Assembly (NCBI RefSeq): GCF_009914755.1
Contig: NC_060935.1
DNA from: the human T2T-CHM13v2.0 reference genome, Homo sapiens
Length of the DNA stretch: 64,000 nucleotides
Direction: 5' to 3' (one strand)
The notes under the pieces are model-generated. The model searched no databases. It had not been told where the DNA came from and worked only from the letters and a program-made list of their open reading frames with translations. Below are positions 58,163 through 64,000 of the stretch, piece by piece. How positions within the stretch are numbered: position 1 is the stretch's first letter; every line of letters starts with the position of its first letter. A program made the translations under genes and the position numbers.

Positions 58163-59086
58163 CCTATCTACATTATACATTCATATATTTGTGTATATAC
58201 ACACACACATATATGTTGGGTGGACTGTAGGTGGGTACCTTTTTAAATCTCCATTTTCCAGATGAGAAAGCTCAGTCTTGAAGTTGAATGAGGAAATAAT
58301 AGAGCTGAGATTTGAACCTAATCCTGTCTGGCCCTGGAGCCTAAGCTGTTTCACCACTAACCGCTATGCTCCACTGCCTCCGAAAGCATAGGCTTTTTTT
58401 TTTTTTTTTTTTTTTTTTTTGAAACAGAGTCTCGCTGTCGCCCAGGCTGGAGTGCAGTGGCACGATCTTGGCTCACTGCAGGCTCCATCCCCTGGGGTTC
58501 ACGCCATTCTCCTGCCTCAGCCTCCTGAGTAGCTGGGACTACAGGCGCCTGCCACCACGCCCGGCTAATTTTTTTTGTATTTTTAGTAGAGACGGGGTTT
58601 CACCGTGTTAGCCAGGATGGTCTCGATCTCCTGACCTCGTGATCTGCCCACCTCGGCCTCCCAAAGTGCTGGGATTACAGGCGTGAGCCACCGCACCCGG
58701 CCAGCATAGGCTTTTTAAAACTACTCATTGGCCGGACACAGTGGCTCATGGCTGTAACCACAGAACTTTGGGAGGCCGAGATGGGAGAATCGTTTGAGGC
58801 CAGGAGCTCGAGACCAGCCTGGTCAACATAGCAAGACCCCATCTGTAACAAAAATTTTAAAAAGTAAAAAATTAAAAAATAAAAGTATTCATTATGTGTC
58901 GGCCAGGTGTGACTCACGCCTGAGAATCTGGTACATTGGGAGGCCGAGAAGGGAGAATCACTTGAGCCTGGGAGGTCAAGGCTGCAGTGAGTTGTGTTTG
59001 TGCCATTACACTCCAGCCTGGGCCTCCCTGTCTCAGTAATAATAATAATCATAATCATTATGTGCCACACTGGTTGCTATCATTGA

Positions 59087-59572
<486 letters not shown>

Positions 59573-59666
59573 TAATCCCAGCACTTTGGGAGGCCAAGGC
59601 GGGTGGATCACTAGGTCAGGAAATCGAGACCATCCTGGCTAACACGGTGAAACCCCGTCTCTACTA

Positions 59667-59825
<159 letters not shown>

Positions 59826-60294
59826 TCAGAAAAACAAAAAGGAAGGATGGGGGCAAATTCTGGGCATGAAGGAGTGATAAGGGAAAGACTATCAGGCTGA
59901 GAGCTCTGGGTGCACAAGAAAACACAGGCTGCAAAGGCCCTCAGAGGTCATCTTGCCCATCTCTCATTGTCCACCAACCTACTGATGGCTTCCAAATTTA
60001 TTTATCCAGTCCTGACATTTCCCAGACTCCAGACTCTTATTTAAACCAGTTGGATGTCAAATAGGTATCCCAAATTTAACATGGCCAAAATAGGGCTCCT
60101 GATCCCCACCACCAAACCCCAAACTGCCCCTCTTCCAGCCTTTCTTGGTTTTTGGCACCACCAACCATCAATTGCTCAGGTCCCAAATCTCAGTCATCCT
60201 TCCTTCCTCCCTTTCACCACACTCAGTCCATGAGCATATCCCATCAGCTGTATCTGTAAAGCACACCCTGAATCCGACCACTTCTTTTCTGTCA

Positions 60295-61752
<1,458 letters not shown>

Positions 61753-61915
61753 TGACCTCTTCTTACCACCTCACTGCTTCCATTCATACCCCTGAACAAT
61801 CTGATCTTTTTTAAATGTCGGGCTCCCTGATTCATGGAAAAAAGGCAATGCCCTTGCAGTGGTCTGTATGATCTGGCCCTTGGTTACCTCTCTGACCTTA
61901 TCCCTGACCAACTGA

Positions 61916-62618
<703 letters not shown>

Positions 62619-62760
62619 TGAGTTTTGCCATGTTGGCCAGGCTGGTCTTGAACTCCTGGCCTCTAGTGATCTGACCACCTCAGCCTCCCAAAGTGCTTGG
62701 ATTTGAAGCCACTACACCTGGCTTCAAATACTCTCTTCCTATTGAACTGACGTTGACCAC

Positions 62761-62867
62761 TATTTTATTTCATTTTATTTTATTTTATTTTATTTTATTT
62801 TATTTTATTTTATTTTATTTTATTTTATTTTTATTTTATTTTATTTTATTTTATTTTATTTTATTTT
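62761..62867 (+). repeat. (ATTTT)n pentanucleotide tract of about 21 units from an Alu tail, with one ATTTC unit
   Basis: Direct reading; adjoins the antisense Alu at about 62868-63148. Confidence 0.93.
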
Positions 62868-63326
62868 GAGACTGAGTCTCGCTCTGTCACCCAGGCTGGA
62901 GTGCACTGGCGTGATCTCGGCTTACTGCAACCTCCACCTCCCAGGTTCAAGTGATTCTTGTGCCTCTGCCTCCTGAGTAGCTGGGATCACAGGTGCCTGC
63001 CACCACACCTGGCTAATTTTTGTATTTTTAGTAGAGACGGTGTTTTGCCATGTTGGCCAGGCTAGTCTCGAACTCTTGACCTCAAGTGATCCTCCCACCT
63101 CAGCCTCCCAAAGTGCTGGGATTACAGGCATGAGCCACCGCGCCTGGGCGACCACCCTATTTTAAATTGTACCTTCTCCACCCTGACCCTCTCAATTCCT
63201 CTTTTCTTGTCTTACCCCTCTTGACCCAGCTTCCCTATTAAATATAAGCATTTTTGTCTGTTTTGTTCTCTTCTTTATCCCAAATGCCTAGGATAGTGTT
63301 TGAAAAGAGGAGCTGAATATATTTTA

Positions 63327-63479
<153 letters not shown>

Positions 63480-63770
63480 TTAGCTGTGCGCGGTGGCAGG
63501 CACCTGTAATCCCAGCTACTCAGGAGGCTGAGGCAGGAGAATCTCTTGAACCCAGGAGGCAGAGATTGCAGTGAGCCAATATCGTGCACTGCACTCCAGC
63601 CTGGGCAACAGAGCAAGACTCCGTCTCAAAAAAAAAAAAATCAGTGTACATCTCTGTTTAAAATTCTCCCACTCACGGCTGGGTGTGGTGGCTCACGCCT
63701 GTAATCCCAGCACTTTGGGAGGCTGAGGCGGGCAGATCACGAGGTCAGGAGATCGAGACCATCCTGGCTA

Positions 63771-63999
<229 letters not shown>

Positions 64000-64000
64000 C

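Overview
Human (primate) genomic DNA, very Alu-rich. I recognise it as the 11q13.1 PPP2R5B-GPHA2-MAJIN region. It holds three complete spliced protein-coding genes that I assembled exon by exon: (1) PPP2R5B on + (PP2A B56-beta regulatory subunit; CpG-island promoter about 3.84-4.3 kb; 13 coding exons 4988-13097; 1494 nt = 497 aa). (2) GPHA2 on - (glycoprotein hormone alpha-2/thyrostimulin alpha; coding 14717-14026; 129 aa), tail-to-tail with PPP2R5B. (3) MAJIN/C11orf85 on - (meiotic telomere-inner nuclear membrane anchor; promoter CpG island about 50.7-51.7 kb; 10 coding exons 38668-17782; 254 aa). The rest is Alu, L1, L2/MIR, a Charlie1-like hAT fossil and a THE1 solo LTR. Nearly all other ORFs in the track are Alu or GC-rich artefacts. 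I see no evidence of a wholly new gene system. The best leads are regulatory and splicing architecture: a U12-type minor intron in MAJIN with an Alu inserted into its 5' splice site; isoform switches in MAJIN (an in-frame 3-exon skip and a frameshifted, NMD-escaping dual-coding C-terminus); a tailless AluYb8-type insertion with target-site repeats; interleaved convergent poly(A) signals; and a THE1 LTR with a DUX4 motif pointing at MAJIN.
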